From Nitrosopumilus sp. (GTDB lineage Archaea; Thermoproteota; Nitrososphaeria; Nitrososphaerales; Nitrosopumilaceae), in the NCBI GenBank assembly GCA_965214775.1, contig OZ243974.1, forward strand, positions 1,568,001 through 1,632,000: 64,000 nt of DNA, written 5' to 3'. A program made the position numbers and the translations under genes. The notes beneath the pieces are model-generated. The model was given only the letters and a program-made list of their open reading frames with translations, was not told where the DNA came from and made no database searches. Of this stretch, positions 30,107-39,200 are shown in pieces. The first letter of the stretch is position 1, and each line of letters opens with the position of its first letter.

Positions 30107-30438
30107 TTGTAGAACCAAAAACAGCTAAAAGCTACATTTTGGAGGAGTGAAAAGTTACACTATGTACATTTTGGAGGAGTGAAAAGTTACACTATGTACA
30201 TTTTGGAGGAGTGAAAAGTTACACTATGTACATTTTGGAGGAGTGAAAAGTTACACTATGTTGAATCAGAAATAGTGAAAGTATGGATTTGAAAAGTAGT
30301 GAAAATAGTGAAAGTATGGATTTGAAAAGTAGTGAAAATAGTGAAAGTATGGATTTGAAAAGTAGTGAAAATAGTGAAAGTATGGATTTGAAAAGTAGTG
30401 AAAATAGTGAAAGTATGGATTTGAAAAGTAGTGAAAAT
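30107..30438. repeat. Iteron-like tandem arrays: 32-bp units (about 3.8 copies) and 33-bp units (5 copies)
   Basis: GGAGGAGTGAAAAGTTACACTATGTACATTTT at 30141, 30173, 30205, 30237; AATAGTGAAAGTATGGATTTGAAAAGTAGTGAA x5 at 30271-30435. Confidence 0.92.
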
Positions 30439-30602
30439 CCCATGGGATCACAGGGATGAAAGCCCTGTGAATTACAGGGATTTGAAAGCCATGAAAGTCT
30501 ATGCGGGTTCACAAACCATGGAAGCCGCCACCGCAATGATTCAAAACCATGAAAACACGGGGGGATGGTCTGAACTTGGCAGAATCTAGAGGAACTTGCT
30601 CA

Positions 30603-32111
30603 TCACTGGCTGCCTGAACCCTTGCCAGACCTGCGCATAAGGAATCGCCCGTCGCTTAGCTCCTTTACAATCTCCCAGCCGTTTGAGCTATAGTACACCA
30701 GCTCCTCGTCACTCCCTATGATCCGGCATTCGGACGGTTCGTCATTGCCTGGCACCGTAGCCGGCTCTTTTGGCTTGTCTGCGGCACTGGGCTGTGGGAC
30801 ATCCGGCTTTGAATTGATTATGTTGTCCGGATTGATTCCGTACATCTTTGCCTGTTTGCGCCATAGCTTGCAAAGCATGTCTTTTTTGTGCTTTTCATCC
30901 GTCTTGTCAGGGTCAGTGGAGAGAAACAGTCCGCTCTGCTCATATGCCCTGCACATGTCCTCTCTCATATGCTCTGTAAGACGGCCCTTGTTTACCGTGT
31001 ATCTTGCCTCAATGTCCCCCTTGTGGCCCATAAAGAACACCCGATAGGCATCTGCCATGCAGCCATGGCTTTCGGCAAGCAGTAACTGGGTGTCAAAGTA
31101 GGATCGCAGCGTGTATGGCCTTGAATCTACTATCGGCTTCATCGCTTTTTTTGCCGTACGGGATATGGATGCTGTGACCACGAATGTCTTGACATCCGGA
31201 TCCTCCCTGCGTCTTTTGCGTGAGTTTTGCCTCTCAAGCGTTATGACAGGAGAGTCCGGACAGAGTTTTTCCCCGGCAGATATCCTGTGTTCGAGATATT
31301 TCAGCAGGTGCTGGCACCCCTCCTCTATCAAAAACGTCACATACTTGTTCCTGGTCTTGCTCAGGGACTGTCGGACCACCACCATTGTGGGCATGTTTGT
31401 GAATCTGACTCTTTTTCCCTTCTTCTCTATGACAAGCTCGGGCAGATCCTTGAGGCATAGCCCGTCACTCCTGTCGGCAAGTCCCAGCACCTGTGGCCTT
31501 ACTCCCGAAAAGGCCATGAGGCTCAACACTGCCCTCTGGCGCACGTTGCCGTTTTCCAGCATCTGGTGCAGCTGCTCCTGCTCTGGCACCTTTTCCTTTT
31601 CAAGCGTGGGACAAATTCCCATGTTGGATATCTTTATCTTGCTTTTGATTTCTATCCGGTTGTGGACCAGCCATCCCTTGATTGACTTTATCATGCCGTC
31701 TATGTATCCGGAAGAAAAATTCTGTGATTCCATCCAGGATACGTGATCCATCAGCATGTCCTCTATCTTTTTGGGATCTTCCTTTCCCGTCCGGGCAAGG
31801 GTTGCAGGCGTTGTCTTCAGCCTGTAACAGAACAGATTAAGCCTCCTCAGGCGTACGGCGGCATTAAGCTGGCTGGATCTCTTCATGTTTTCATACCACC
31901 GACGTACGTCGTCATCTTCCAACAGACATCTTGAGGATTGTGTAGCTATTCTTCTTCCACCAGGTGCATTCTTTATCGTCTTTTTCTTATTTATTTTTTT
32001 ATTTTCATTTTCTTTGAGCTGGCCGGTGTCCCTTGTGCTGCTCTGACTTTTTGTACCCTTTTTGTTTGCAGTCTTGTCGGTACTCGTCATCGTTTTTTTG
32101 GGACTCGTCAT
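30603..32111 (-). CDS. Tyrosine recombinase / site-specific integrase
   Basis: FSGVRP (Arg), YTLRSYF, FMGH..ARY (catalytic Tyr); adjacent to a tRNA. Confidence 0.88.
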   Translation of the reverse strand: MTSPKKTMTSTDKTANKKGTKSQSSTRDTGQLKENENKKINKKKTIKNAPGGRRIATQSSRCLLEDDDVRRWYENMKRSSQLNAAVRLRRLNLFCYRLKTTPATLARTGKEDPKKIEDMLMDHVSWMESQNFSSGYIDGMIKSIKGWLVHNRIEIKSKIKISNMGICPTLEKEKVPEQEQLHQMLENGNVRQRAVLSLMAFSGVRPQVLGLADRSDGLCLKDLPELVIEKKGKRVRFTNMPTMVVVRQSLSKTRNKYVTFLIEEGCQHLLKYLEHRISAGEKLCPDSPVITLERQNSRKRRREDPDVKTFVVTASISRTAKKAMKPIVDSRPYTLRSYFDTQLLLAESHGCMADAYRVFFMGHKGDIEARYTVNKGRLTEHMREDMCRAYEQSGLFLSTDPDKTDEKHKKDMLCKLWRKQAKMYGINPDNIINSKPDVPQPSAADKPKEPATVPGNDEPSECRIIGSDEELVYYSSNGWEIVKELSDGRFLMRRSGKGSGSQ

Positions 32112-32233
32112 CCTGTTTTTCGGACTGTCCCCTCTGCTTTTGCACTGGTGTGTTTTTTTGAAGAAATTTTCTTTTTTGATTGTTTTTCTTTCTTTTTTTG
32201 CCTTCTCATTCTCGGATTTGAGAACGAGTCAGA

Positions 32234-32308
32234 TGGGCCCGATGAGATTCGAACTCATGACCTTTCGATTATCAGTCGAACGCTCCAGCCAAGCTGAGCT
32301 ACGAGCCC
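32234..32308 (-). tRNA. tRNA-Ile(GAT)
   Basis: Cloverleaf GGGCTCG..CT GAT AA..TTCGAAT..CGGGCCCA. Confidence 0.95.
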
Positions 32309-32341
32309 ATGAATGGATCTCTAATCTGAGGTCATTTAAGT

Positions 32342-32896
32342 TTAATTTTCTTTCCACTTGATAGAACAACCGATTGATGGGTCAAAGTCTTTTTCAATCT
32401 TTTCACCGTCTAGCAATTTTTGCATATTGTTAATCATTGTCTTCTCTGTGGCTTTATCGTCTGGTTTCATGGCATTATCGATTCTACCGTGAAAAACTAG
32501 TTGTTTTTGACTATTGAACAAAAACGGATCTGGGGTGCACGTGGCACCGTATTTTCTTGCAATCTCTTGGGTTTCATCAAAAAGATAATCAAATTCAAAT
32601 CCCTTCTCTTTGGCAGTCTCCTTCATTGCATCAAAACTGTCTTCAGGATAGTTTGTCGAGTCATTGCTGTTGATTCCGACAACTGCAATCTCCTTTCCAA
32701 ATTTTTCATACAACTCGTTTAACGCATCTACTTTTGCCTTCACATATGGACAGTGGTTGCACATGAAAATTACTAAAACGCCCCTATACCTTTCATAGTC
32801 ACTGAGTGAGTGTTTTTTGTCATCAATTCCTAGCAATTCAAAGTCAGGTGCAATATCTCCGGCTTTTAGCTTGACTTGGGATTCTAAAAGTACCAT
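32342..32896 (-). CDS. Thioredoxin-fold (AhpC/TSA, redoxin) protein
   Basis: APDFEL, CNHCPYV, ATCTPD, GCSIKW. Confidence 0.88.
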   Translation of the reverse strand: MVLLESQVKLKAGDIAPDFELLGIDDKKHSLSDYERYRGVLVIFMCNHCPYVKAKVDALNELYEKFGKEIAVVGINSNDSTNYPEDSFDAMKETAKEKGFEFDYLFDETQEIARKYGATCTPDPFLFNSQKQLVFHGRIDNAMKPDDKATEKTMINNMQKLLDGEKIEKDFDPSIGCSIKWKEN

Positions 32897-32976
32897 AAAT
32901 GGGCGCTCTTGGTTTCAAATAAAATCCTTGCCTCCAAGACAACAATTAAAATCCACACATAACCCAACATTGACAT

Positions 32977-33053
32977 GGGCCGGTAGTATAGCCTGGTAGT
33001 ATACCCGCCTTGCACGCGGGGGGTCACGGATTCAAATTCCGTCCGGTCCACCA
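32977..33053 (+). tRNA. tRNA-Ala(TGC) with encoded CCA
   Basis: GGGCCGG/CCGGTCC stem with G3:U70; loop CT TGC AC. Confidence 0.95.
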
Positions 33054-33134
33054 CACACCACTCTTGTGATGCGATCCCTTCTGATTTTCAGACTGCTGGA
33101 TGGATTTAAATAGGATAAGTTTCGGCTTTCTGTT

Positions 33135-33236
33135 ATGGCAAGCGTAGTAGATGGATGGCCTGTATGGATTCCACTCATTGTTGGTTTAGCACCAGGTTTA
33201 ATATACTGGTTGGCAATTACCGCCAAGAGAAACTAA
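33135..33236 (+). CDS. 33-aa membrane peptide MASVVDGWPVWIPLIVGLAPGLIYWLAITAKRN
   Basis: TTTAAATA box about 25 nt upstream; hydrophobic helix; below the ORF-track size cutoff. Confidence 0.65.
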   Translation: MASVVDGWPVWIPLIVGLAPGLIYWLAITAKRN

Positions 33237-33368
33237 AAATTTGTATCATTTTTATTCTCTTTTTATTATGCTTTATTCCTAGTGCAAACTAGGTTAAACG
33301 TTGTTACCTTTTTTGTCCACAATATGAATTGTTATAGAAAATTAACATGTAATACACATAAAATTCAG

Positions 33369-34436
33369 ATGCAAAAAATTCTTCCACTGGTATTTTTAGC
33401 CGTTCTGCTGATTCCATCCTCCCAAGTCGATGCTCAAGAATATTCTGACACCCCGCCAACACTAGCTGTTTCATTACAAAATGAAACTCCCTTTGTCTAT
33501 CGGGATTCTGAAGGATATTCAGTTGTAGTGGGGATGGTCCAAAACAGCAATGAACTTGCTCCGGTTACAAATGTGCAGGTTCAAGTAAAATTCTATGATG
33601 ATCTAAACCCGCAACCCCTTGAGATTGTAACTGATAATGTCTCCCTTGAAGTCATTCCTGCAAAAGGGGTTTCCCCGTATTCAATTCGTTCAGAATCTGC
33701 CAATCCACATATTACTCAAGCATCGGTTTCTTTGATAGGCTTTGACTCTTCTAATCCTAAAGAAAACGCGCTTGTTGTCTATTCTGACAATGTATCTATG
33801 GATACTGAACTCCACTTTACTGGAACCCTGGAAAATGGGGCCGCTCCAATCTCTGAGACAAATGTGTATTTGGCAGTACATGACGCATTTGTTCCTCCAA
33901 GAATTCTAAGTGTTGAAACGGTGGAAATTGGGCAAGTGGCATCAAATGATAAAATAACCTTTGAATTCAATGGAAAGATTGATGCCCGAGCTGTAGGCTT
34001 TTTTATGGTTGCCGAATCAAATATTTTCTATTCTGATGTTGTGGAGGTGGCAATTCCGCCGCCAGAGATTGCAACCAAAATGGCAACAATTTCCAAAGTT
34101 TCAATTCAAGACAATCAGGGAAATAAACTCTCTGAACTCCAAGCAGGAACTCCGGTAAACATCAAAAGTGAAACTATGATTCAGTTTGTGGCAGACAAGA
34201 AAACAAATGAAACTGCTTACACCTACTATGTTCAAATTAAGGAATCCGGGGAGAAACCCACCGTTGAATACATTGGACAATACGATGGACGATTTGTTGG
34301 TTCGGGACTTGATTCTCAGACAATAGGCTGGGTTCCCCAAAAACCCGGACTGTATTTTATGGAAACCTTTGTCTGGGATAAAAGCAACATTCCAATTTCT
34401 GAGCCGGGCCCCGTAGTTCTCTTTTTGGTAAAATAA
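33369..34436 (+). CDS. Secreted/surface protein with Ig-like (FxLYD-like) domains
   Basis: Signal peptide MQKILPLVFLAVLLIP; VKFYD motif; beta-rich. Confidence 0.7.
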   Translation: MQKILPLVFLAVLLIPSSQVDAQEYSDTPPTLAVSLQNETPFVYRDSEGYSVVVGMVQNSNELAPVTNVQVQVKFYDDLNPQPLEIVTDNVSLEVIPAKGVSPYSIRSESANPHITQASVSLIGFDSSNPKENALVVYSDNVSMDTELHFTGTLENGAAPISETNVYLAVHDAFVPPRILSVETVEIGQVASNDKITFEFNGKIDARAVGFFMVAESNIFYSDVVEVAIPPPEIATKMATISKVSIQDNQGNKLSELQAGTPVNIKSETMIQFVADKKTNETAYTYYVQIKESGEKPTVEYIGQYDGRFVGSGLDSQTIGWVPQKPGLYFMETFVWDKSNIPISEPGPVVLFLVK

Positions 34437-34469
34437 TAGGTTTATTTTCACATTTGTCATAGTATCCCC

Positions 34470-34934
34470 ATGTCTGATTTCTCTCTAGTTGCAACGGGCG
34501 GTACGTTTGATATTATTCACAGGGGTCATCTGACATTGCTTGCAAGTGCATTTTCAAGATCTGACAAAGTTATCATCGGTCTGGCAAGTGACGAATTGGC
34601 CAAAAGAAGAGGAAAATCTCCTCGCAACAACTATCAGACAAGGCTGGCACATCTTCTTGAAGCCCTTTTTCAAGAATTTCCAAAATCGGATTTTCAGATT
34701 AGCCAGTTAGACGATGATTTTGGCCCTGCAGTATTAGAAAAGGAGGTTGAGGCATTAGTTGTTAGTTCAGAGACCCGCAGTCAGGGCCAAAAACTAAATG
34801 AATTGCGAGCAGAAAGGGATCTCCCTCCGGTGGAAATCATTGTTGTTCCGATGCATCTGGCTCAAGACGGGACACGAATTTCAACAACCAGGCTGAAAAA
34901 CTCAGAAATTGACAGGGAAGGAAACTTGTTGTGA
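34470..34934 (+). CDS. coaD: Phosphopantetheine adenylyltransferase (archaeal type)
   Basis: GGTFDIIHRGH, LVVSSET, ISTTRL. Confidence 0.85.
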   Translation: MSDFSLVATGGTFDIIHRGHLTLLASAFSRSDKVIIGLASDELAKRRGKSPRNNYQTRLAHLLEALFQEFPKSDFQISQLDDDFGPAVLEKEVEALVVSSETRSQGQKLNELRAERDLPPVEIIVVPMHLAQDGTRISTTRLKNSEIDREGNLL

Positions 34935-34998
34935 ATTGACAAGAAGCTTGTCTAACTTTGAGTAACTGCCATAAAACAGAACTACGGGATCTGGGTTC

Positions 34999-35328
34999 AT
35001 GGCAATCATCAGTCATATGATGAGGCAAATTGATAATGACGTTTCAAATCTAAAGCAGGGATTGCAGCCTGAGAGTCTCTCGTTTTGGTATGAAAAAATT
35101 ATCCGGGAAACAGTTGAGATGGCACCCCCGTGGCTTCAAGATAAAATCAAAGTCCGCCAGGATCCCGTTCTTACAATGAAGTTCAATCTGGATATCTCAA
35201 AACGTGCTGTCAGATATTTCATGATTGCAGTCGATGACAATATCGATCAAATGCCATATTCGACAAAACTGTATTTTCTCAAAGTTCAAGAGGTAATGTC
35301 CACTGAAATGGACAAGTCCCTTGTCTGA
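34999..35328 (+). CDS. Hypothetical protein
   Basis: 109-aa ORF with core-like composition. Confidence 0.7.
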   Translation: MAIISHMMRQIDNDVSNLKQGLQPESLSFWYEKIIRETVEMAPPWLQDKIKVRQDPVLTMKFNLDISKRAVRYFMIAVDDNIDQMPYSTKLYFLKVQEVMSTEMDKSLV

Positions 35329-36004
35329 TTTTTTCTAGGCACAATCCAAGGCTCAAGGATCATATGTCCATTAAATCCAAACTTGGCATACAATGGAACT
35401 ATGCAAATCACAATATTCTGATGATAAAAAGTCCAGAAAATCCAGGAGATCACAGCGTATCCAAATCATTTGGAAATTCCAGAAATGATGGATTTGTGGA
35501 GAAAGAAAAAGAGAGTTAGCCGCTGCTGCTATTACTATTCTACTGCTACTGCCGCTGCTGTTGTAACATGATGCGCTGGTTGCAAAACCAAATATCTTGT
35601 TCCGTTTGTTCCAAAACACAACAGACCGTCTATTGCAGTGATTGCTTTGGACAAGACAAATCAAGAAAAGCTGATGGTCATAGGCCTTCTAGAAATGATG
35701 CAGCATCAAGACATTCTGGACATGATATGTGATGCCCCCAAAATGGCATCAAGCCATCATAGATAGACTGCATCCCTCAAGGAATGGATCACGTTCTAAA
35801 ACCTCGAGAACTAAAATTCCTAAAAAAAAACAAGAAATCTTTTACCCTGATGACTCGGAGAAATTCTATGAATCCTTGAAGGAAAAACTATGAGATTTTA
35901 GGCCGAAAAATCTGCTCTAGTTGTGAATTCCAAGATGAAAGAAACTGCCTGGGATTTGGACACAAATGCGACAAAAACGCCCCTGATGACACTCATCGTG
36001 CCGG

Positions 36005-36037
<33 letters not shown>

Positions 36038-36271
36038 ACCTTCATGGGGAAAATACGCCTCTGAGCCTGACCTGGCAAGAAGAGAGGATCTTATGGTGCT
36101 CCATTTGAACTGTAATAAGATCAGCCAACCTGCACATGGACTAAAAACCCAATCAAATAAAAAAAGACAAGGAAGAGCAAGCACTTTCAGATGATAATAA
36201 CAATAACAATCTTTGAAATCAGTATTGAGAATTTATTAACACTTTAATTGTAATGATTTGTAGGATACATC

Positions 36272-36358
36272 ATGGCTGGAGACTTTAAGGCATTAGGCCT
36301 GTCTTTGATTGCTATGGTTGGCACTGTAGCCCTTTACACCGCATTTGCGCCTCCTTAG
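36272..36358 (+). CDS. 28-aa membrane peptide MAGDFKALGLSLIAMVGTVALYTAFAPP
   Basis: AT-rich TATA-like upstream region; single hydrophobic helix. Confidence 0.5.
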   Translation: MAGDFKALGLSLIAMVGTVALYTAFAPP

Positions 36359-36645
36359 ATCATCTTTTCTTTTTGGATATCCACACTCTCTTCAATGACT
36401 TTCGTTGAAACCAGCTTGTCCTCCTTGTCAATCACTGACTGTATAAAATCTGCAAAATTCTCTGCATTCTGTTCATTGTAAAGAAGTATGCTGTGTGCAG
36501 ACTTGTCCTTTAACGAGATCACCAGCTCATTTTTAACTACGTTTAGGATCGACGTGATAAATGTCTCCTTTCCGTCTTTGATGAAAATCAGACTTGCAAG
36601 TTTTTGAGCTTCGTGTTTGTCATCACACCTTATGTTGACCTTCAT
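36355..36645 (-). CDS. Hypothetical protein
   Basis: Start overlaps the trpS stop (ATGA). Confidence 0.7.
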   Translation of the reverse strand: MKVNIRCDDKHEAQKLASLIFIKDGKETFITSILNVVKNELVISLKDKSAHSILLYNEQNAENFADFIQSVIDKEDKLVSTKVIEESVDIQKEKMI

Positions 36646-37754
36646 CTGTCCTCAAATAGAAATTCGTCAATCCTGTCTTTGACCTTTTCCCTGTTCTCTT
36701 GGTGTACGGCAAGAAAATTATTCATCTTCTCTATCAGGATTGCCTTTAGTTCCCCAGAAAGCAATTCTCCGGATTTGTAACTGTCATAGATCGTTTTGAG
36801 TTTGCCGTCATCAGGCTCAAAAAATATTCTGAGATATTGAAACGACACATCAATATCGGGATTGCCTCCCAGTCTTCTATGTTCTTTAAGATCCGGCTGA
36901 CCTCCTGAAAACGCGTATTTGTTGATCTTCCTTTTTACCGCATCTGGGTCATCAGTAGTGTATACTGTTCCATTTTCATCTGATGCTGACATCTTGCCTC
37001 CGGGACCTTCCAAGGCTGGAATCATTATGTTGTGAATTAATGCCGGTTTCTGTTTTCCGATTTTTGGGGCGACATCTCTTGTTAATCTAAAATGGGGATC
37101 CTGGTCTACCCCCAGTGGAATCAGAACCGGCTTGTCTTCAATAAAGCAGGGCGCTGATTGCAACGAAGTATAAAATATCATGCCAAGGTTGGTTTCGTTT
37201 GTAAACCCAAACGTAGCTTTTGTGTTTGAAAAATTAATCTTCTTTGCAACTTGGGCTGCTATGGGATACAGGGTTTGAATGTTTCTGGTGTTGATTATGA
37301 TCTTGGTTTTTCTAGGATCAAACCCTAAAGCGATAAAATCCAAGGCGTTCTCAAGGGCAAGTTTTTTTGTGTCCTCCAAAGTGAGATTCTGTTTTGAAAA
37401 GAATTTTTCGTCATCTGTTAGTTGAAAATACATATTCACATCAAATTTTTCTTGCAGCCATTTTGCAAACACCCATGGAACCAGGTGTCCGATGTGGGTA
37501 TGTCCTGATGGCCCCCTGCCAGTATATAGGAAGAACTTGTTTCCTTTCTCATATTCGTCTAGGATTCTGTCCATCTCTCTGTGTGAGAAGAAGACTCCGC
37601 GTCTGAGCATAAAATGATCCTCTGCTGTGATCTTTGTAATTCTGGCCAGTAACTCTGCTGAAATCTTTTCTGTACCGAATCTCTTGGTTAATCTTTCATA
37701 ATCAATCTCGCCCTCAACATGCCAAGGTGTTACAACAAAGTCATCAACTGACAT
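36642..37754 (-). CDS. trpS: Tryptophan--tRNA ligase
   Basis: YTGRGPS, HIGH, GVDQDPHF, KMSAS. Confidence 0.96.
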   Translation of the reverse strand: MSVDDFVVTPWHVEGEIDYERLTKRFGTEKISAELLARITKITAEDHFMLRRGVFFSHREMDRILDEYEKGNKFFLYTGRGPSGHTHIGHLVPWVFAKWLQEKFDVNMYFQLTDDEKFFSKQNLTLEDTKKLALENALDFIALGFDPRKTKIIINTRNIQTLYPIAAQVAKKINFSNTKATFGFTNETNLGMIFYTSLQSAPCFIEDKPVLIPLGVDQDPHFRLTRDVAPKIGKQKPALIHNIMIPALEGPGGKMSASDENGTVYTTDDPDAVKRKINKYAFSGGQPDLKEHRRLGGNPDIDVSFQYLRIFFEPDDGKLKTIYDSYKSGELLSGELKAILIEKMNNFLAVHQENREKVKDRIDEFLFEDR

Positions 37755-37805
37755 TCAATTTGACTTGGGTTAAGGTTTAAAAAGTCTTTTTCGAACTTTC
37801 TGCTG

Positions 37806-39200
37806 TTGTCGCAAGTTTTTCACGATATCGAAAAAAAAATTATTTCATCACTAAGAGCGAACTCCAAGCAATCTTCGGAATCCCTGGAAAAATCAACTGA
37901 TCTGTCTCCTGATCAGATCAGGCGAGGAATTGAATGGCTGAAATTCAAGGATTTGGTCACTGTAAATGAATCAAGAGTCAGTCTTGTAGGTTTGGGGAAA
38001 AACGGCCTTGAATCAATTGAAAAGGGACTCCCTGAAAGACAACTGCTTGATTCGTTAAAAGGTGGACCAAGGAAGCTGTCTGATTTGCAAAGACAACTCG
38101 GTCCCGTGTTTGGTCCTGCGATGGGTTTTGCCAGAAAGAACAACTGGGTAAAAGCTGATTCTGATTCGGTTTCTCTGATCTGCGCGCCTGCAGAAATTCC
38201 CGGCGAAAAAACCATCCGGCAAATTGGAAAGGAAAAGATTCCTAGAGAAAAGGCTGATCCATCTGATCTCCTTGCTCTTTTGAGGCGACCCGATTTCATA
38301 ACAGAAGACATTGTAAAGACAAAAGAGATCTCCCTGTCTGATTCTGCAAAGTCTCTGGAAATATCTGACTCGTCTGCCGGAGCAATTGATGTGGAGGCCA
38401 AAGTGCCCCAAGTTTTTGTTGCAAGAACCCATCCGTTAAAGAACACGATGGATGAGATCCGTGAAATCTTTGTCACCCTGGGTTTTTCTGAAATCGTTGG
38501 AAGCATGGCTCAGTCCAGTTTCTGGAATTTTGATGCGCTGTTTACCCCGCAGGATCATCCGGCAAGGGAGCTTCAAGACACGTTTTACCTGGATGGAATT
38601 TCGGCAAAAAAGATCGCTACGCCTGAACAGATAAGAAAAGTTTCGGATTCGCACAAGAAAAACTGGAGATACCGGTGGGATGTCAACGAAGCGCAAAAAA
38701 TGGTTTTGAGAACCCATACCACCTGTGTTACCATAAGGCACTTGGCCCAAACAAGGCCTGACGAGTCCAGGGTGTTTTCGTTGGGCCGCGTATTTAGAAA
38801 TGAAAAAGTCAGCTACAAGCATCTTGCTGAATTCAACCAGGTTGAGGGGGTCGTTGTCGGCAAAAATGCAACGCTGCGTGATTTGATGGGAATCCAAAAA
38901 GAGTTCTACAAAAGAATCGGCATTACAAAAGTAAAATTCTGGCCGACATTTTTCCCATACACTGAGCCTTCTTTGCAGACTATGGTTTACAATGACAGGC
39001 TGGGAAAATGGGTCGAACTGTTTGGAATGGGAATTTTCAGGCCCGAGGTTACAAAACCGCTTGGAATCACAAAACCGGTCTTGGCCTGGGGCGGGGGAAT
39101 CGAAAGGATTGCAATGCTAAGGTATGGATTAGATGACGTAAGGGAATTTTACGGCAACGACCTTGATTGGCTAAGGAGTGCGTCAAAAAAATGCCAGTAG
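37806..39200 (+). CDS. pheS: Phenylalanine--tRNA ligase alpha subunit
   Basis: WNFDALFTPQDHPARELQDTF, FFPYTEPS. Confidence 0.96.
   Translation: MSQVFHDIEKKIISSLRANSKQSSESLEKSTDLSPDQIRRGIEWLKFKDLVTVNESRVSLVGLGKNGLESIEKGLPERQLLDSLKGGPRKLSDLQRQLGPVFGPAMGFARKNNWVKADSDSVSLICAPAEIPGEKTIRQIGKEKIPREKADPSDLLALLRRPDFITEDIVKTKEISLSDSAKSLEISDSSAGAIDVEAKVPQVFVARTHPLKNTMDEIREIFVTLGFSEIVGSMAQSSFWNFDALFTPQDHPARELQDTFYLDGISAKKIATPEQIRKVSDSHKKNWRYRWDVNEAQKMVLRTHTTCVTIRHLAQTRPDESRVFSLGRVFRNEKVSYKHLAEFNQVEGVVVGKNATLRDLMGIQKEFYKRIGITKVKFWPTFFPYTEPSLQTMVYNDRLGKWVELFGMGIFRPEVTKPLGITKPVLAWGGGIERIAMLRYGLDDVREFYGNDLDWLRSASKKCQ

Larger units (their letters stand above)
1125..32233. mobile_element. Integrative genomic (defence) island at the 3' end of tRNA-Ile
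   Basis: Tyrosine integrase beside the tRNA 3' end; dense IS, MITE and defence content between core-like genes. Left boundary inferred; no att duplicate found. Confidence 0.7.

Noticed and set aside
30141-30438. CRISPR array or repeat-coded proteins (30219..30536, 30266..30451)
   Set aside because: Head-to-tail repeats with no spacers; the ORFs are stop-free by-products of the 33-bp unit
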